Positions 30,043 to 41,649 of a stretch of DNA of 64,000 nt are shown here, one piece after another. The stretch comes from Roseicyclus sp. Its GTDB lineage: Bacteria; Pseudomonadota; Alphaproteobacteria; Rhodobacterales; Rhodobacteraceae. The translations under genes and the position numbers were made by a program. Within the stretch, counting starts at the first letter, position 1; every line of letters starts with the position of its first letter. Where the stretch lies: assembly GCF_965662675.1 (NCBI RefSeq), contig NZ_CBFIIK010000003.1, positions 13,401-77,400 on the forward strand. Reading direction: 5' to 3'. The notes below the pieces were generated by a model. The model saw only the letters and a program-made list of their open reading frames with translations. It searched no databases and was not told the DNA's origin.

Positions 30043-32316
30043 TCAGCCACATTTCGAATAGCCGCAACTGTTGCAGGTCAGGCACCCTTCGGCCATGCGC
30101 ATGTCGTATTGCCCGCAAGACGCACAGGCCGGGCCGGGTTTGTGGCCCAGATTGACCACCTCGGCCTGCGGGTCGGATTTCAGCCCCATCCCCTCGCCCG
30201 CGATGAAGCCGATAGAGATCATGTGCCGTTCGATCACGCCTCCGATGGCCGCCAAGATCGACGGCACGTATTTGCCGTTCATCCACGCGCCACCACGCGG
30301 ATCGAACACGGCCTTGAGCTCCTCGACCACGAAACTGACATCGCCCCCGCGCCGGAACACCGCCGAGATCATCCGCGTCAGCGCGACGGTCCAGGCGAAA
30401 TGCTCCATGTTCTTGGAGTTGATGAAGACCTCGAAGGGCCGCCTGTGGCCCGACAGCACGATGTCGTTGATCGTGATGTAAAGCGCATGCTCGCTATCGG
30501 GCCATTTGACCTTGTAGGTATGCCCCTCAAGCGTTGCGGGGCGGTCCAGCGGTTCGGACATATAGATGACTTCGCCGCTTGCGGCCTCGACGGCCTCGGG
30601 GCCATCGGCTTTATCGGCGGTCTCGGAAACCGACAGGACCGATCCCGTCACATCATTGGGCCGATAGGTCGTGCAACCCTTGCAGCCGGTGGCGTAAGCT
30701 TCTGCATAAACATCCTTGAAGCTTTCGAAATCGATATCAGCCGGCACATTGATGGTTTTCGAGATCGAGCTGTCGATCCAGGGCTGAGCCGCTGCTTGCA
30801 TGCGGACATGGTCGAGCGGTGCCAGCGTTTGGGCGGTCACGAAGTGATCGGGCAACGCGGTATCACCAGCATAAGCGCGCCATGCCTTCACGGCGTAATC
30901 CACCACCTCTTCCTCGGTCCGGCTACCATCGGGTTGCAGCACCTTTCGCTTGTAGGAATTGGCGAAGATCGGCTCGATCCCCGAGCTGACATTACCCGCG
31001 AACAGGCTGATCGTGCCCGTAGGCGCGATGGAAGTCAAAAGCGCGTTCCTCAGCCCGTGTTGCGCGATCAAGGCCTGCACTTCCGCATCAAGCCGCAAGA
31101 TCATCGGTGCCTTGGCATAGGCCGCCGGGTCATAAAGCGGGAAAGCCCCCTTTTCAGCCGCCAGCAAAGCCGAGGCGCGATAGCTGGCATTGGCGATCAG
31201 CCGCAGCCATTCACCCGTCATCTCGGCCGCCTCGGGCGCGCCGTAGCGCAGCCCCACCATCGCCAAGGCATCGGCCAGACCCGTCACACCAAGCCCGATC
31301 CGGCGCTTGGCGCGTGCCTCGGCGGCTTGTGCCTCCAGCGGGAAGCGCGAAGCATCGACAACATTATCCATCATCCGCACCGACAGCGCCACAAGATCGG
31401 CAAGCTTGGCGGGATCGATCCTTGCGTTCGCGCCGAACGGATCATCCACCAGCCGCGACAGGTTGATCGACCCCAAAAGACATGCCCCATAGGGCGGCAA
31501 GGGCTGCTCTCCGCAGGGGTTGGTCGCCGCGATCGTCTCGACATAGTTGAGGTTGTTTTCGGCGTTGATGCGGTCGATGAAGATCACGCCGGGTTCGGCA
31601 TAATCATAGGTCGCGCGCATGATCTTGTTCCACAGATCGCGCGCCTGCACCGTGCGGTAGACCCGCCCCCCAAAGACCAGATCCCACGGGCCGTCGGCCT
31701 TGACCGCCTCCATGAAAGGATCGGTCACAAGAACCGAAACATTGAACATGCGCAGGCGCGCGGGGTCCGATTTCGCGTCGATGAAGGCCTCGATATCGGG
31801 GTGATCGCAGCGCAGGGTCGCCATCATGGCACCACGACGACTGCCCGCCGACATGATCGTGCGGCACATCGCATCCCAGACATCCATGAACGACAGCGGC
31901 CCGGATGCATCGGCGGCCACGCCCAAAACCTCGGCCCCCTTGGGTCGGATGGTTGAGAAATCATAACCGATGCCGCCACCCTGCTGCATGGTCAGCGCCG
32001 CCTCGCGCAGATTGTCGAAGATACCGCCCATGCTGTCGGGCACCGTCCCCATGACGAAGCAGTTGAACAGCGTCACCGACCGCCCCGTGCCCGCACCCGC
32101 CACGATACGCCCCGCGGGCAGGTATTTGAAATCCTCGAGCGCGGTGTAGAACCGCTCTTCCCACCCGGCCTTGTCTTGTTCGACATCGGCCAGCGCACGC
32201 GCGATGCGGCGCCATGTATCCTCGACCGACTGGTCGATGGCGCTGCCATCGCCTTGCTTGAGACGATATTTCATATCCCAGATTTGCTCGGCGATGGGGG
32301 CGGCGAAACGGGTCAT
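30043..32316 (-). CDS. nrdJ: Class II (adenosylcobalamin-dependent) ribonucleotide reductase
   Basis: 757 aa, NPCGEQPLPPYGACLLGS active-site region and a C-terminal Cys cluster. ATG at 32316 has AAGGAG 9 nt upstream. Confidence 0.93.
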   Translation of the reverse strand: MTRFAAPIAEQIWDMKYRLKQGDGSAIDQSVEDTWRRIARALADVEQDKAGWEERFYTALEDFKYLPAGRIVAGAGTGRSVTLFNCFVMGTVPDSMGGIFDNLREAALTMQQGGGIGYDFSTIRPKGAEVLGVAADASGPLSFMDVWDAMCRTIMSAGSRRGAMMATLRCDHPDIEAFIDAKSDPARLRMFNVSVLVTDPFMEAVKADGPWDLVFGGRVYRTVQARDLWNKIMRATYDYAEPGVIFIDRINAENNLNYVETIAATNPCGEQPLPPYGACLLGSINLSRLVDDPFGANARIDPAKLADLVALSVRMMDNVVDASRFPLEAQAAEARAKRRIGLGVTGLADALAMVGLRYGAPEAAEMTGEWLRLIANASYRASALLAAEKGAFPLYDPAAYAKAPMILRLDAEVQALIAQHGLRNALLTSIAPTGTISLFAGNVSSGIEPIFANSYKRKVLQPDGSRTEEEVVDYAVKAWRAYAGDTALPDHFVTAQTLAPLDHVRMQAAAQPWIDSSISKTINVPADIDFESFKDVYAEAYATGCKGCTTYRPNDVTGSVLSVSETADKADGPEAVEAASGEVIYMSEPLDRPATLEGHTYKVKWPDSEHALYITINDIVLSGHRRPFEVFINSKNMEHFAWTVALTRMISAVFRRGGDVSFVVEELKAVFDPRGGAWMNGKYVPSILAAIGGVIERHMISIGFIAGEGMGLKSDPQAEVVNLGHKPGPACASCGQYDMRMAEGCLTCNSCGYSKCG

Positions 32317-32439
32317 TGGCAGGGCTCCTTTGGGCAGACGCACAACATAGCGCGACCGGCCTTTGCGATCAACAGATTGCAGCGGCGCGTGAACGCCCTA
32401 CGATATGCGGTAGAAACTCGGGATTCTGTGGAGCAGTCT

Positions 32440-32877
32440 GTGAGTAAGTCGGGGACAATTCATCTGATCAAGCTGTGCGTCGGCGCAGAGCGGGTCGAAG
32501 ACCTGACTGATTGGCAGGCGACAGCGCGGGCCAAAGGCCCCGACGGCCTTCCGCGCCATGTCACCCGCATGTGGCCCAAACGCGCCGAAGAGGTGCTGAA
32601 TGGCGGCGCGCTTTACTGGGTGTTCAAGGGGTTGGTGCTATGTCGCCAACCTATCTTGCGGCTTGATGCTGTGGATCGTGGCGACGGGATCGCGCGCTGC
32701 GGCATCGTGCTTGACCCGACGATAATCCGCGTGGCTCCGACCGCCAAGCGACCCTTTCAAGGCTGGCGCTACCTTGCCCCCGAGGACGCACCGCGCGATT
32801 TGCCCAAGGGCCGCGAGGCCGAAGAAGCGCTGCCGCAAGCGTTGCAAAATGCATTGGCTGAAATCGGTGTTCTGTAG
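32440..32877 (+). CDS. DUF1489 domain-containing protein
   Basis: GTG start with GGAG 6 nt upstream; IHLIKLCVG...YWVFKG pattern. The upstream part of the track ORF lies antisense to nrdJ and was rejected. Confidence 0.7.
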   Translation: MSKSGTIHLIKLCVGAERVEDLTDWQATARAKGPDGLPRHVTRMWPKRAEEVLNGGALYWVFKGLVLCRQPILRLDAVDRGDGIARCGIVLDPTIIRVAPTAKRPFQGWRYLAPEDAPRDLPKGREAEEALPQALQNALAEIGVL

Positions 32878-32885
32878 CGGCCCCT

Positions 32886-33578
32886 TCAAGCCGCGCCGAT
32901 GAGGCCCACCAGATGGGCCAGCGCCGCCTTTTCCGCCGCGCCCCATTCCGCCCCGCGCGCACGAAACAACGTCGCCTCGGAGCGGTGGATCAGCCCATCC
33001 TCCAAGATGCGCAGGTGATTGGCGCGCAAAGTCTCACCGGTCGAGGTGATGTCGGCAATCGCCTCGGCGGTGCCATGGGCGACGGTGCCTTCGGTCGCCC
33101 CTTGGCTGTCGACAAGCTGATAATCGGCAACCCCCGCCTCACGCAGGAACTCGCGCACGAGGCGGTGATATTTCGTGGCGATCCGCAGGCGGAACCCGTG
33201 CTTGCGCCGAAAGGCGGCCGCGACCGCATCGAGATCCTCAAGGCCCGTCACATCGATCCAGCAGGCGGGCACGGCGATCACCAGATCGGCATGGCCGAAC
33301 CCCATCGGCGCCACCACCTCGACCGCTTGATCCCAAGCGGGGATGCGTTCTTGCACAAGATCAGAACCGGTGACGCCCAGATGGATGCGCCCCGCCGCCA
33401 ATTCGCGCGGAATCTCACCCGCGGCGAGCAGCATCAAGCTCATATCCACCCCGTCGACGGCGGCGGCATATTCGCGCTCGGAGCCCGTGCGCCGCATCTC
33501 GACGCCGCGGTCGGCGAACCAGCCGAATGTCTTGTCCATCAGCCGCCCCTTGGAGGGCACCCCCAGCCGGATCGTCAT
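32886..33578 (-). CDS. hisG: ATP phosphoribosyltransferase catalytic subunit (short form)
   Basis: 230 aa, LGVPSKGRL...DITSTGETLRAN motifs. Confidence 0.92.
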   Translation of the reverse strand: MTIRLGVPSKGRLMDKTFGWFADRGVEMRRTGSEREYAAAVDGVDMSLMLLAAGEIPRELAAGRIHLGVTGSDLVQERIPAWDQAVEVVAPMGFGHADLVIAVPACWIDVTGLEDLDAVAAAFRRKHGFRLRIATKYHRLVREFLREAGVADYQLVDSQGATEGTVAHGTAEAIADITSTGETLRANHLRILEDGLIHRSEATLFRARGAEWGAAEKAALAHLVGLIGAA

Positions 33579-34684
33579 GGTGCCCCCCCCGCCGTCAGCC
33601 GCATCACCAACTCGGGCCGGATCACGCCGCCCACCGCAGGGATCGCGCGGCCATCGCCCAAGATCCGCGTCAGCGCGTCATAGCGCCCGCCCGATGCGAC
33701 AGGCGGCAGATCGGCCTGCGCCGCGGCCCAGAAGCCGAAGACAAAGCCGTCGTAATATTCCATCGTGGTACGTCCGAAATTCGCCTCGAACGGCAGGGTC
33801 GCGACATCGATGCCGGCGGCAGAAAGCGCAGCCGTCCGCGCGGCGAGCCGGTCGACGGCCGGCGACAACCCCGGCAGATCGACACAGATATCGCGCAGAT
33901 GTTCCAGCGCATCGGGCAGCATCGCCTTGAGCGACAAGATCCCGCCCAGAACCTCGGCCTGTGCGGCGGGGATGGGCGCGGTTGCGGCATCGGCGGCAAG
34001 GGCGTCCAGACGCGCGGCGACCTCGGCCATGCTGCGCAGACCGATTTCGGGTGCGGCCCCAGCCAATAGCTTTGCTGCACCCTTATCCGCCAACGCAGCG
34101 ATCAAAGATGCGCGGGCAGGCGCGGCAGCCTTGGCCCCGGTGAAGCGGTCAAGCAGCGCGCGAAAGCGGCGCGGGCGCCAGATGTGGCGGCGCAGCGCGG
34201 CCTTGCGCGCATCCGAGGTGGTCAGCGTATCGATGGCAGCTGACAGAATGCCGATATCGCCCGTCACCGCACGTAGATCGAGCCCGCCAAGCGCGCGGGA
34301 AAACAGCGCGAACACCTCGGCATCGGCGCGGGTCGGATCGGCGCGGTCGAACACCTCGTATCCCACTTGCAGATATTCGCTGGGCCGGCCCGAGCCTGCG
34401 GCCTGCGTGCGGAACACCTCGCCCTGATAGCAATAGCGCGCGGGATCGGCCCCGCCCTGCATATGCATCTGCACCACCGGCACGGTGAAATCGGGGCGCA
34501 GCATCAATTCGCCCCGGTCGGGGTCATGGGTGACATAGGCGCGCGCGCGGATATCTTCGCCGTAAAGATCGAGAAGCGTCTCGGCGGGCAGCAAAAGATC
34601 GGCCTCGACGGGTTGAGCGCCCGCCGCGGTGAAGATGGCCTGAAGCCGTGCTGCCTCGGCCCTGAGGGCGGATTTGTCGCTCAC
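33575..34684 (-). CDS. hisZ: ATP phosphoribosyltransferase regulatory subunit HisZ
   Basis: HisRS-like paralog. GTG at 34684 forms a GTGA overlap with the hisS stop, and there is a 4-nt overlap with hisG. Confidence 0.85.
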   Translation of the reverse strand: MSDKSALRAEAARLQAIFTAAGAQPVEADLLLPAETLLDLYGEDIRARAYVTHDPDRGELMLRPDFTVPVVQMHMQGGADPARYCYQGEVFRTQAAGSGRPSEYLQVGYEVFDRADPTRADAEVFALFSRALGGLDLRAVTGDIGILSAAIDTLTTSDARKAALRRHIWRPRRFRALLDRFTGAKAAAPARASLIAALADKGAAKLLAGAAPEIGLRSMAEVAARLDALAADAATAPIPAAQAEVLGGILSLKAMLPDALEHLRDICVDLPGLSPAVDRLAARTAALSAAGIDVATLPFEANFGRTTMEYYDGFVFGFWAAAQADLPPVASGGRYDALTRILGDGRAIPAVGGVIRPELVMRLTAGGAP

Positions 34685-36171
34685 CTGTGGCGATCCAGAA
34701 TGGCGCGGGTCTGGGCCACCAAATCGGCCAACGGCACCTCGATTTGCGCGGGCTGGGATTTCCATTCCTCCAACGTCGCCTCCCCAGCCAGTTTCGCGCC
34801 GAGGATCAGATCCTTAATCTGAACCACCCCGCGTGCGGCCTCGTCCCCGCCCTGGATGATCGCGACGGGGCTGGCCCGTTTGTCGGCGTATTTGAGCTGG
34901 TTGCCGAAATTCTTGGGGTTGCCCAAGTAAACCTCGGCGCGGATGCCTGCAGCGCGAAGCTCGGCGGCCATGCGCTGGTAATCTTCCATGCGGTCGCGAT
35001 CCATCACGGTAACGACGACGGGGCCTTGGGCCTCGCCCGAGAGCCGCCCCTTGGCGCGCAGCGCGGCAAGCAAGCGGTCCACGCCGATGGAAACGCCGGT
35101 GGCCGGAACCTCTTGCCCGGTGAAGCGCTTGACCAGATCGTCGTAGCGCCCGCCCCCCGCCACGCTGCCGAATTGGCGCGGACGGCCTTTTTCGTCGAGG
35201 ATTTCAAAGGTCAGCTCGGCCTCATAGACCGGGCCGGTGTAATAGCCCAAGCCCCGCACGACCGAGGGGTCGATGACGATGCGGTCAGGGCCATAGCCTT
35301 GGGCGTTAAGCAGGGATGCGATGGTTTCCAACTCGGCCACGCCGTCGCGCCCGATTTCCGAGCCAGCGACCAATTCATAAAGCCGCGCGACCGTGGCCTG
35401 TGCGCTATCGCGGCGCGCGTCCATGAAACCCATGATCACATCGGCCTGCGCCTCGGCCAGCCCTGCACCGTGGGTGAAATCGCCGCTTTCATCCTTGCGG
35501 CCCGCGCCCAGAAGCGCGCGCACGCCGCCCTCGCCCAAGCGGTCCAGCTTGTCGATGGCGCGCAAGACGATGCCGCGCGCATCCTCTTGATCCTCGCCCG
35601 ACAGGCCCGCGACCTCAAGCACGCCGTTCAAAACCTTGCGATTGTTGACGCGCACGATGTAATCGCCCCGCTCGATCCCCACGGCCTCAAGCGCGTCCGC
35701 CAACATGCCGCAAATCTCGGCGTCGGCGGCCACGCTGGCCGCACCCACCGTATCGGCATCGCACTGATAGAACTGCCGAAACCGCCCCGGCCCCGGCTTC
35801 TCATTGCGCCAGACAGGGCCCATCGCGTAGCGGCGATAGGGGCTGGGCAAATCGTTGCGGAATTGTGCCGCGACGCGCGCAAGCGGCGCGGTCATATCAT
35901 AGCGCAGCGCCAGCCATGTGCCCCCTTCGCCCTCATCCTCTTGCCACGAAAAGACGCCGGCATTGGGTCGGTCGACATCGGGCAGGAACTTGCCCAGCGC
36001 CTCGACGGTTTCAACGGCGGCGGTTTCCAGCGGGTCGAAGCCATGGGCGTGATAGACGCGCGCGATCTTGTCCAGCATCTGCTGGCGTTCCAGCACCTCG
36101 GCGCCGAAAAAGTCACGGAAGCCTTTGGGCGTCTCGGCCTTGGGGCGGGGCTGTTTGCGGTCTTTGGCCAT
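34681..36171 (-). CDS. hisS: Histidine--tRNA ligase
   Basis: Class II aaRS motifs (PKGFRDF..., GGGRYD). Three in-frame ATGs at 36204, 36180 and 36171; 36171 ([11 protein letters not shown]) is preferred. Confidence 0.93.
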   Translation of the reverse strand: MAKDRKQPRPKAETPKGFRDFFGAEVLERQQMLDKIARVYHAHGFDPLETAAVETVEALGKFLPDVDRPNAGVFSWQEDEGEGGTWLALRYDMTAPLARVAAQFRNDLPSPYRRYAMGPVWRNEKPGPGRFRQFYQCDADTVGAASVAADAEICGMLADALEAVGIERGDYIVRVNNRKVLNGVLEVAGLSGEDQEDARGIVLRAIDKLDRLGEGGVRALLGAGRKDESGDFTHGAGLAEAQADVIMGFMDARRDSAQATVARLYELVAGSEIGRDGVAELETIASLLNAQGYGPDRIVIDPSVVRGLGYYTGPVYEAELTFEILDEKGRPRQFGSVAGGGRYDDLVKRFTGQEVPATGVSIGVDRLLAALRAKGRLSGEAQGPVVVTVMDRDRMEDYQRMAAELRAAGIRAEVYLGNPKNFGNQLKYADKRASPVAIIQGGDEAARGVVQIKDLILGAKLAGEATLEEWKSQPAQIEVPLADLVAQTRAILDRHR

Positions 36172-36312
36172 GGGCGGCATATCCCTCGGGTCGGGGTCGG
36201 GCATCGTCTAGCGGAGGGGGGCGCGATCGGCAAGGTCACGCGGGGGGATGTGCTGACGGCGGGCAGGCTATAGGCTAGGCCAACTGCACTGCGCGCCGCA
36301 AAGCGAGGCCCC

Positions 36313-36516
36313 ATGACCGATATGACCGCCTATGAAGAACGCATCGCCCATCTTGCCCGCATGCTCGACGATCTATCCGAAGTCGTCGCGCGCCAAGACA
36401 CCGAGATCGCACGCCTGACACGCCGCGTGGAAATGATCATGGCGCGCGAGGCCGAACGCGAGTTCGCGGCGGGCGGCAGCGTGCCCTTGGCCGATCAAAA
36501 GCCGCCGCATTGGTGA
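36313..36516 (+). CDS. slyX: SlyX family protein
   Basis: 67 aa coiled-coil, ERIAHLARMLDDLSEVVARQDTEIARL. Confidence 0.8.
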   Translation: MTDMTAYEERIAHLARMLDDLSEVVARQDTEIARLTRRVEMIMAREAEREFAAGGSVPLADQKPPHW

Positions 36517-36538
36517 GCGCCCCAGAGTCCTTGTGTGC

Positions 36539-36602
36539 GGGGGGCGCTGCCCCCCGACGGCCCTTGGCCGTTCCCCCCGGAGTATTTGGGAAGCAAAGAT
36601 GG
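36539..36602 (+). repeat. Structured repeat, copy B
   Basis: GGGGGGCGCTGCCCCCC - ACGGCC/CTT/GGCCGT hairpin - CCCCCCGGAGTATTTGGGAAGCAAAGATGG, between the convergent slyX and MFS genes. Confidence 0.8.
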
Positions 36603-36626
36603 CAGGGGGTTCGCCTTGCGGAATGG

Positions 36627-37844
36627 TCAAGCAGGCAAAGGCTGCGGCCTGCGCGGGCGTGAGCGGGCCAAGATGTAGAGCATGACCGCCACATTGAGCG
36701 CGTTGAAGGCGATGCCGTTAAGGAAAGCCCAGCGGTAGGAACCGGTGATGTCGTAGATCAGCCCCGACAGCCAACCGCCCAGCGCCATGCCGATGATCGT
36801 GGCCATGATGACGAAGCCGACCCTTGCGCCCGCCTCGCGCGCGGGCAGGTATTCGCGCACGATGATCGCATAGGCAGGCACGATGCCCCCTTGGCTGAGG
36901 CCGAAGATCAGGCTGACAAGATAGAGCGAGGTCAGGCCGCTGCTCGGCAAATAAAGCATGAGCGCCAGCATTTGCAGGCTCGATCCGATCAGAAGGGTCA
37001 TCACCCCCCCCAAACGGTCGGCCAAAAGCCCCGAGATCAGCCGCGAGGCGACCCCACCCAACAGCATCAAGCTCAACATTTCGGCACCGACCGCCGGGCC
37101 GTAGCCGAGATCGACGCAATAGGCGACGATGTGGACCTGCGGCATGGACATGGCCACGCAGCAGCCGATGCCTGCCGCCGCCAAGAGCCATGTCAATGCC
37201 CGCGGGCCCAGCCCGCTATCGCGCGCGCGTGCCGCGGCAGCGGTGTCGGAGGCCTCGATCGCGCCGGCGGGAAGCGGTGCGCGCAAAAGCCATGTGGCGG
37301 GCAGCATGATGAACAATGCGGCGGCAGCGATCACAAGATAGGCGGTACGCCAGCCGGGCCCGGCAAGGATATCGGCCAAGATCAGGGGCCAGATCGCACC
37401 GGAGAGGTAATTGCCCGAGGCGATCATCGCCACCGCGATCCCGCGGCGCTTGAGAAACCATTGGCTGACATCGGCGATGAGCGGGCCGAAGCTGGTGGCG
37501 GTGCCGAAGCCGATCAGGAGTTGCAGCGCCGAGAGCGTGGCGATGTTGGGCGCGATCGCGGCACCGGCGAAACCCAAGGCCATGAGCAAGGCCGAGGCCG
37601 CCAAGGCGCGTGCCACCCCCCAGCGATCCACCGCGCGACCGATCAGGAAATTGCCCGCCGCAAAGCCCAGCATGGTCAGCGTATAGGGGATGGCGGCATC
37701 GGCGCGGTCGACACCGAACTCGGCCTGCATCGCGGGCATGATGACGATGATCGACCACATCCCCACATTGCCGATCAGCGAGATCAGCAGCGCGAGGCCA
37801 AGGCGGAACCACGATGCGCGGCTATCGAGAATGGGGGCGATCAT
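36627..37844 (-). CDS. MFS transporter
   Basis: 405 aa with about 12 TM segments. Confidence 0.75.
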   Translation of the reverse strand: MIAPILDSRASWFRLGLALLISLIGNVGMWSIIVIMPAMQAEFGVDRADAAIPYTLTMLGFAAGNFLIGRAVDRWGVARALAASALLMALGFAGAAIAPNIATLSALQLLIGFGTATSFGPLIADVSQWFLKRRGIAVAMIASGNYLSGAIWPLILADILAGPGWRTAYLVIAAAALFIMLPATWLLRAPLPAGAIEASDTAAAARARDSGLGPRALTWLLAAAGIGCCVAMSMPQVHIVAYCVDLGYGPAVGAEMLSLMLLGGVASRLISGLLADRLGGVMTLLIGSSLQMLALMLYLPSSGLTSLYLVSLIFGLSQGGIVPAYAIIVREYLPAREAGARVGFVIMATIIGMALGGWLSGLIYDITGSYRWAFLNGIAFNALNVAVMLYILARSRPRRPQPLPA

Positions 37845-37903
37845 GGCGCGAGGCTAGGCCTGTCATCGCGGCTTGGAAAGAGGGTGTTTGGCCCGATGGA
37901 CAG

Positions 37904-40900
37904 CTAGACCTCTTCGACCGTCACGACCCCTTCCATGGCGCGCAGGGCGCCCTTGATCTGGGGCGAGACGGGAAAGTCATCGCCCAGCACCAATTCGACC
38001 TCACCCGGCAGATCGGGGGCCATCAGGCAAAGATGGATCGGCCCCCGCACGGCGCGGGCCGCGTCGGTGGCCATGCGCGACAAGAGCGATTGCACCGATG
38101 TGATCCCGATCTCGCCATCGACGAAAACCCGCAGGCCGGTGGTGGCACTCGCCACGGCGGCGTCCAACGGCTGCACAGCCCGGCAAAGCAATTTCAGCTG
38201 ATCGGCCTCATAGGTCGCCTCGACCTGCAGCAAGACATTCATCCCCGTATCGAGATGGGGCCGCGCGGCATCGAGCACGTCGGAGAACATCGTCACTTCG
38301 TAAAGCCCCGTTGGATCGGAGAGCGCCACGAAAGCGAAGCGATTGCCCTTTTGCGATTTGCGTTCCTGCCGCGACGAGACCGCCCCCGCCATGCGCGCGA
38401 CAAAGGCCCCGCCCTGAACCTTGGCCATCACATCGGACAGGGTCAGCACCCCCTTGCGCCCCAGCGCGGGCAGGTAGTCGTCAAGCGGATGGCCCGAAAG
38501 GTAGAACCCGACAGCCGCATGCTCGGCACTCAGCCGCGCGGCGGGCAACCAATCCTCGGTGTCGGGCAGGCGCGGCTCGGGCAGGTCGTCGCCCGCTTCG
38601 CCGAAAAGCGAGACCTGATTTGATGCGGCCGCATCATGGATCGCTGCCGAATAGGCCACCAGCGCATCGAGGCCGGCGAACACGCGCGCCCGGTTGCGGT
38701 CGAGCGTATCAAAAGCACCCGCCCGTGCCAGCATTTCAAGCGAACGCTTGCCCACGCGTTTCAGATCGACACGGCGGGCGAAGTCGAAAAGCGAGCGGAA
38801 GGGTTTGTCGCCGCGCGCCTCGACGATCAGCCGCATCGCATCGACGCCTACATTCTTGAGTGCGCCCAGCGCGTAAAGGATCTTGCCCTCCGCAACCGTA
38901 AAGCTGGCCGCCGCGCGGTTCACGCAGGGCGACACCACATCGATGCCCAGCCTTGCGACCTCTTGGCGATAAATGGCGAGTTTCTCGGTGAGATGGATGT
39001 CGCAATTCATCACCGCGGCCATGAATTCGACCGGGTGGTTGGCCTTGAGCCATGCCGTCTGATAGCTGACCACCGCATAGGCGGCAGCATGGGATTTGTT
39101 GAAGCCGTAATTGGCGAATTTCTCGAGCAGGTCGAAAACCTCACCCGCCTTCTCATTGGTCACGCCATTGGCGGTTGCCCCTTCGATGAATTTGGGGCGT
39201 TCCTTGGCCATTTCCTCGGCGATCTTCTTGCCCATGGCGCGGCGCAGGAGGTCGGCACCGCCCAGCGAATAGCCCGCCATGACCTGCGCGATCTCCATCA
39301 CCTGTTCTTGGTAGACGATGATGCCTTGGGTCTCTTGCAAGATATGATCGATCGAAGGGTGGATCGATTCAAGCGGCCGCAGGCCGTTCTTGACCTCGCA
39401 ATAGGCGGGGATGTTCTCCATCGGGCCGGGGCGATAGAGTGCGACCAGCGCAACGATATCCTCGATGCAGGTGGGTTTCATGCGGCGAAGCGCATCCATC
39501 ATGCCCGAACTTTCCACCTGAAACACCGCGACCGTCTTGGCGCTGGCATAAAGCGCGTAGGTCTTGGCGTCATCGAGCGGGATGGCGTTGATCTGGTTTT
39601 CCGCCCCCGGCGCGGGGTCGTATAGCCGCGTGCCATCCGGCCCCTCATGGAGTTGCCGTCCGCTGGCATGGATCAAGGCGATGGCGTTTTGCACCACCGT
39701 CAGCGTCTTGAGGCCGAGGAAATCGAATTTCACCAAACCGGCCGGCTCGACCCATTTCATGTTGAACTGGGTGGCGGGCATATCCGAGCGCGGATCGCGG
39801 TAGATCGGCACCAGCGCGTCAAGCGGGCGATCAGCGATCACCACACCCGCTGCATGGGTCGAGGCATTCCTGAGCAGACCTTCGACCTTTTCGGCGTAAT
39901 CGAACAGGCGCCGCACCGGGTTGGTGCGACCCTCGCGGCGATCTTGCTCGGTCTCGCGCATTTCTTCGCGGATGCGTTCCTCTTGCGTCACGGCTTGCGT
40001 GATCGAGACCGGCTTCACCCCTTCGACGGGGATCATTTTCGACAGCCTGTCGACCTGGCCAAAGGGCATTTGCAGCACACGGCCGACATCGCGCACAGCA
40101 GCCTTGGACAAAAGCGCGCCGAAGGTGATGATCTGGCCCACCCGGTCGCGGCCGTATTTTTCCTGCACATAACGGATCACCTCTTCGCGGCGGTCCATGC
40201 AAAAGTCGATGTCGAAATCGGGCATCGACACGCGCTCGGGGTTGAGGAAGCGTTCGAACAACAGCGAATAGCGCAGCGGGTCAAGGTCCGTGATCGTCAG
40301 CGCATAGGCCACAAGCGAGCCCGCCCCCGATCCCCGGCCCGGACCCACGGGAATTCCCGCATCCTTGGCCCATTTGATGAAATCGGCCACGATCAGGAAG
40401 TAACCGGGGAACCCCATCCCCTCGATGATGCCCAGTTCGAAATCAAGGCGCGCCTCGTACTCAGCGACCGGGGCGGCATGGGGGATCACGGCCAAACGCG
40501 CGGCAAGCCCGGCACGGGCCTGACGGCGCAATTCCTCGATCTCATCCTCGGCAAAACGCGGCAGGATCGGGGGGTGCGTCCGCGCGCGATAGGCGCAGCG
40601 GCGCGCGATCTCGACGGTGTTTTCCAACGCCTCGGGCAGATCGGCGAAAAGCGTCGCCATCTCTTCGGGGGATTTGAAATAATGCTGCGGGCTGAGGCGG
40701 CGGCGCGGCTCGGATTGGTCGACATAGGCACCTTGCGCGATGCAGATCAATGCATCATGGGCTTGGAACATATCGGCTTTCGGGAAATAGACATCATTGG
40801 TCGCCACCAGCGGCAGACCCATCGCATAGGCCAGCTCGATGCTGGGCCGCTCGGTCAGTTGCTCGGCCTCGGGCAGGCCTGTCTCGCCCGGGTGGCGCTG

Positions 40901-41422
40901 CAATTCAACATAAAGCCTGTCGGGATAGATCGTGGTCAAACGCGTCAAAAGCGCCTCGGCCTTGGCATGATTGCCCATGCGCAGCAAACGTCCCAGCGGT
41001 CCATCCGGCCCACCCGTCAGACAGATCATCCCCGCCCCATGCGCCGCCAATTCATCAAGCGTGACATGCGGCGCGCTGCCATCCCCGCGCAGGTAAAGCG
41101 CCGAGTTCAGCTTCATCAGATTTTCATAACCCTGCCGGTCTTGGGCCAAAAGCACGATCGCGGCGGGCGGCACGGGACGCTCGCCGGGGCGGACCGGGTC
41201 GTAATCGACATCGAGCTGGCAACCGATGATCGGCTGGACCCCAGCCTTGACAGCGGTTTCCGAAAACTCCAGCGCACAAAACATGTTGTTGCTATCGGTC
41301 ACGGCGACCGCGGGCATGCCGGCATCGGCCACAAGACCGGGCAGCTTCTTGACCCGCATCGCCCCTTCGAGCAGCGAATATTCCGTGTGCAAGCGCAGGT
41401 GGATGAATTTCGGATCGGACAT
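37904..41422 (-). CDS. dnaE: DNA polymerase III alpha subunit
   Basis: 1172 aa with PHP domain ([15 protein letters not shown]), polymerase core and OB fold. Confidence 0.97.
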   Translation of the reverse strand: MSDPKFIHLRLHTEYSLLEGAMRVKKLPGLVADAGMPAVAVTDSNNMFCALEFSETAVKAGVQPIIGCQLDVDYDPVRPGERPVPPAAIVLLAQDRQGYENLMKLNSALYLRGDGSAPHVTLDELAAHGAGMICLTGGPDGPLGRLLRMGNHAKAEALLTRLTTIYPDRLYVELQRHPGETGLPEAEQLTERPSIELAYAMGLPLVATNDVYFPKADMFQAHDALICIAQGAYVDQSEPRRRLSPQHYFKSPEEMATLFADLPEALENTVEIARRCAYRARTHPPILPRFAEDEIEELRRQARAGLAARLAVIPHAAPVAEYEARLDFELGIIEGMGFPGYFLIVADFIKWAKDAGIPVGPGRGSGAGSLVAYALTITDLDPLRYSLLFERFLNPERVSMPDFDIDFCMDRREEVIRYVQEKYGRDRVGQIITFGALLSKAAVRDVGRVLQMPFGQVDRLSKMIPVEGVKPVSITQAVTQEERIREEMRETEQDRREGRTNPVRRLFDYAEKVEGLLRNASTHAAGVVIADRPLDALVPIYRDPRSDMPATQFNMKWVEPAGLVKFDFLGLKTLTVVQNAIALIHASGRQLHEGPDGTRLYDPAPGAENQINAIPLDDAKTYALYASAKTVAVFQVESSGMMDALRRMKPTCIEDIVALVALYRPGPMENIPAYCEVKNGLRPLESIHPSIDHILQETQGIIVYQEQVMEIAQVMAGYSLGGADLLRRAMGKKIAEEMAKERPKFIEGATANGVTNEKAGEVFDLLEKFANYGFNKSHAAAYAVVSYQTAWLKANHPVEFMAAVMNCDIHLTEKLAIYRQEVARLGIDVVSPCVNRAAASFTVAEGKILYALGALKNVGVDAMRLIVEARGDKPFRSLFDFARRVDLKRVGKRSLEMLARAGAFDTLDRNRARVFAGLDALVAYSAAIHDAAASNQVSLFGEAGDDLPEPRLPDTEDWLPAARLSAEHAAVGFYLSGHPLDDYLPALGRKGVLTLSDVMAKVQGGAFVARMAGAVSSRQERKSQKGNRFAFVALSDPTGLYEVTMFSDVLDAARPHLDTGMNVLLQVEATYEADQLKLLCRAVQPLDAAVASATTGLRVFVDGEIGITSVQSLLSRMATDAARAVRGPIHLCLMAPDLPGEVELVLGDDFPVSPQIKGALRAMEGVVTVEEV

Positions 41423-41649
41423 GTCGGCACGCTATCGCAGCCGTCCGCGCGATGGAACCGCAACCTCGCGGTTCGCACAGAAAACGGGCGCAACCATGCG
41501 CGCGGATGGCTTGGCGCAAGGCAAGGCTTGCAATATCGCCGCAACACCGCTTTTCTAGAGGGCGGTCGTACAACTTTGGGGCCGCGCTCTACGCCGCATC
41601 GAGCGCCGGACGACCTCCCCGAACACGGGTATCGCGGCAGGCAAGTTTC

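Noticed and set aside
32340-32420. NrdR boxes upstream of nrdJ (CACAACATAGCGCG and CTACGATATGCGGTAG).
   Set aside because: Each is only a partial match to the 16-bp NrdR palindrome. Their spacing of about 54 nt does not fit the usual tandem-box geometry.
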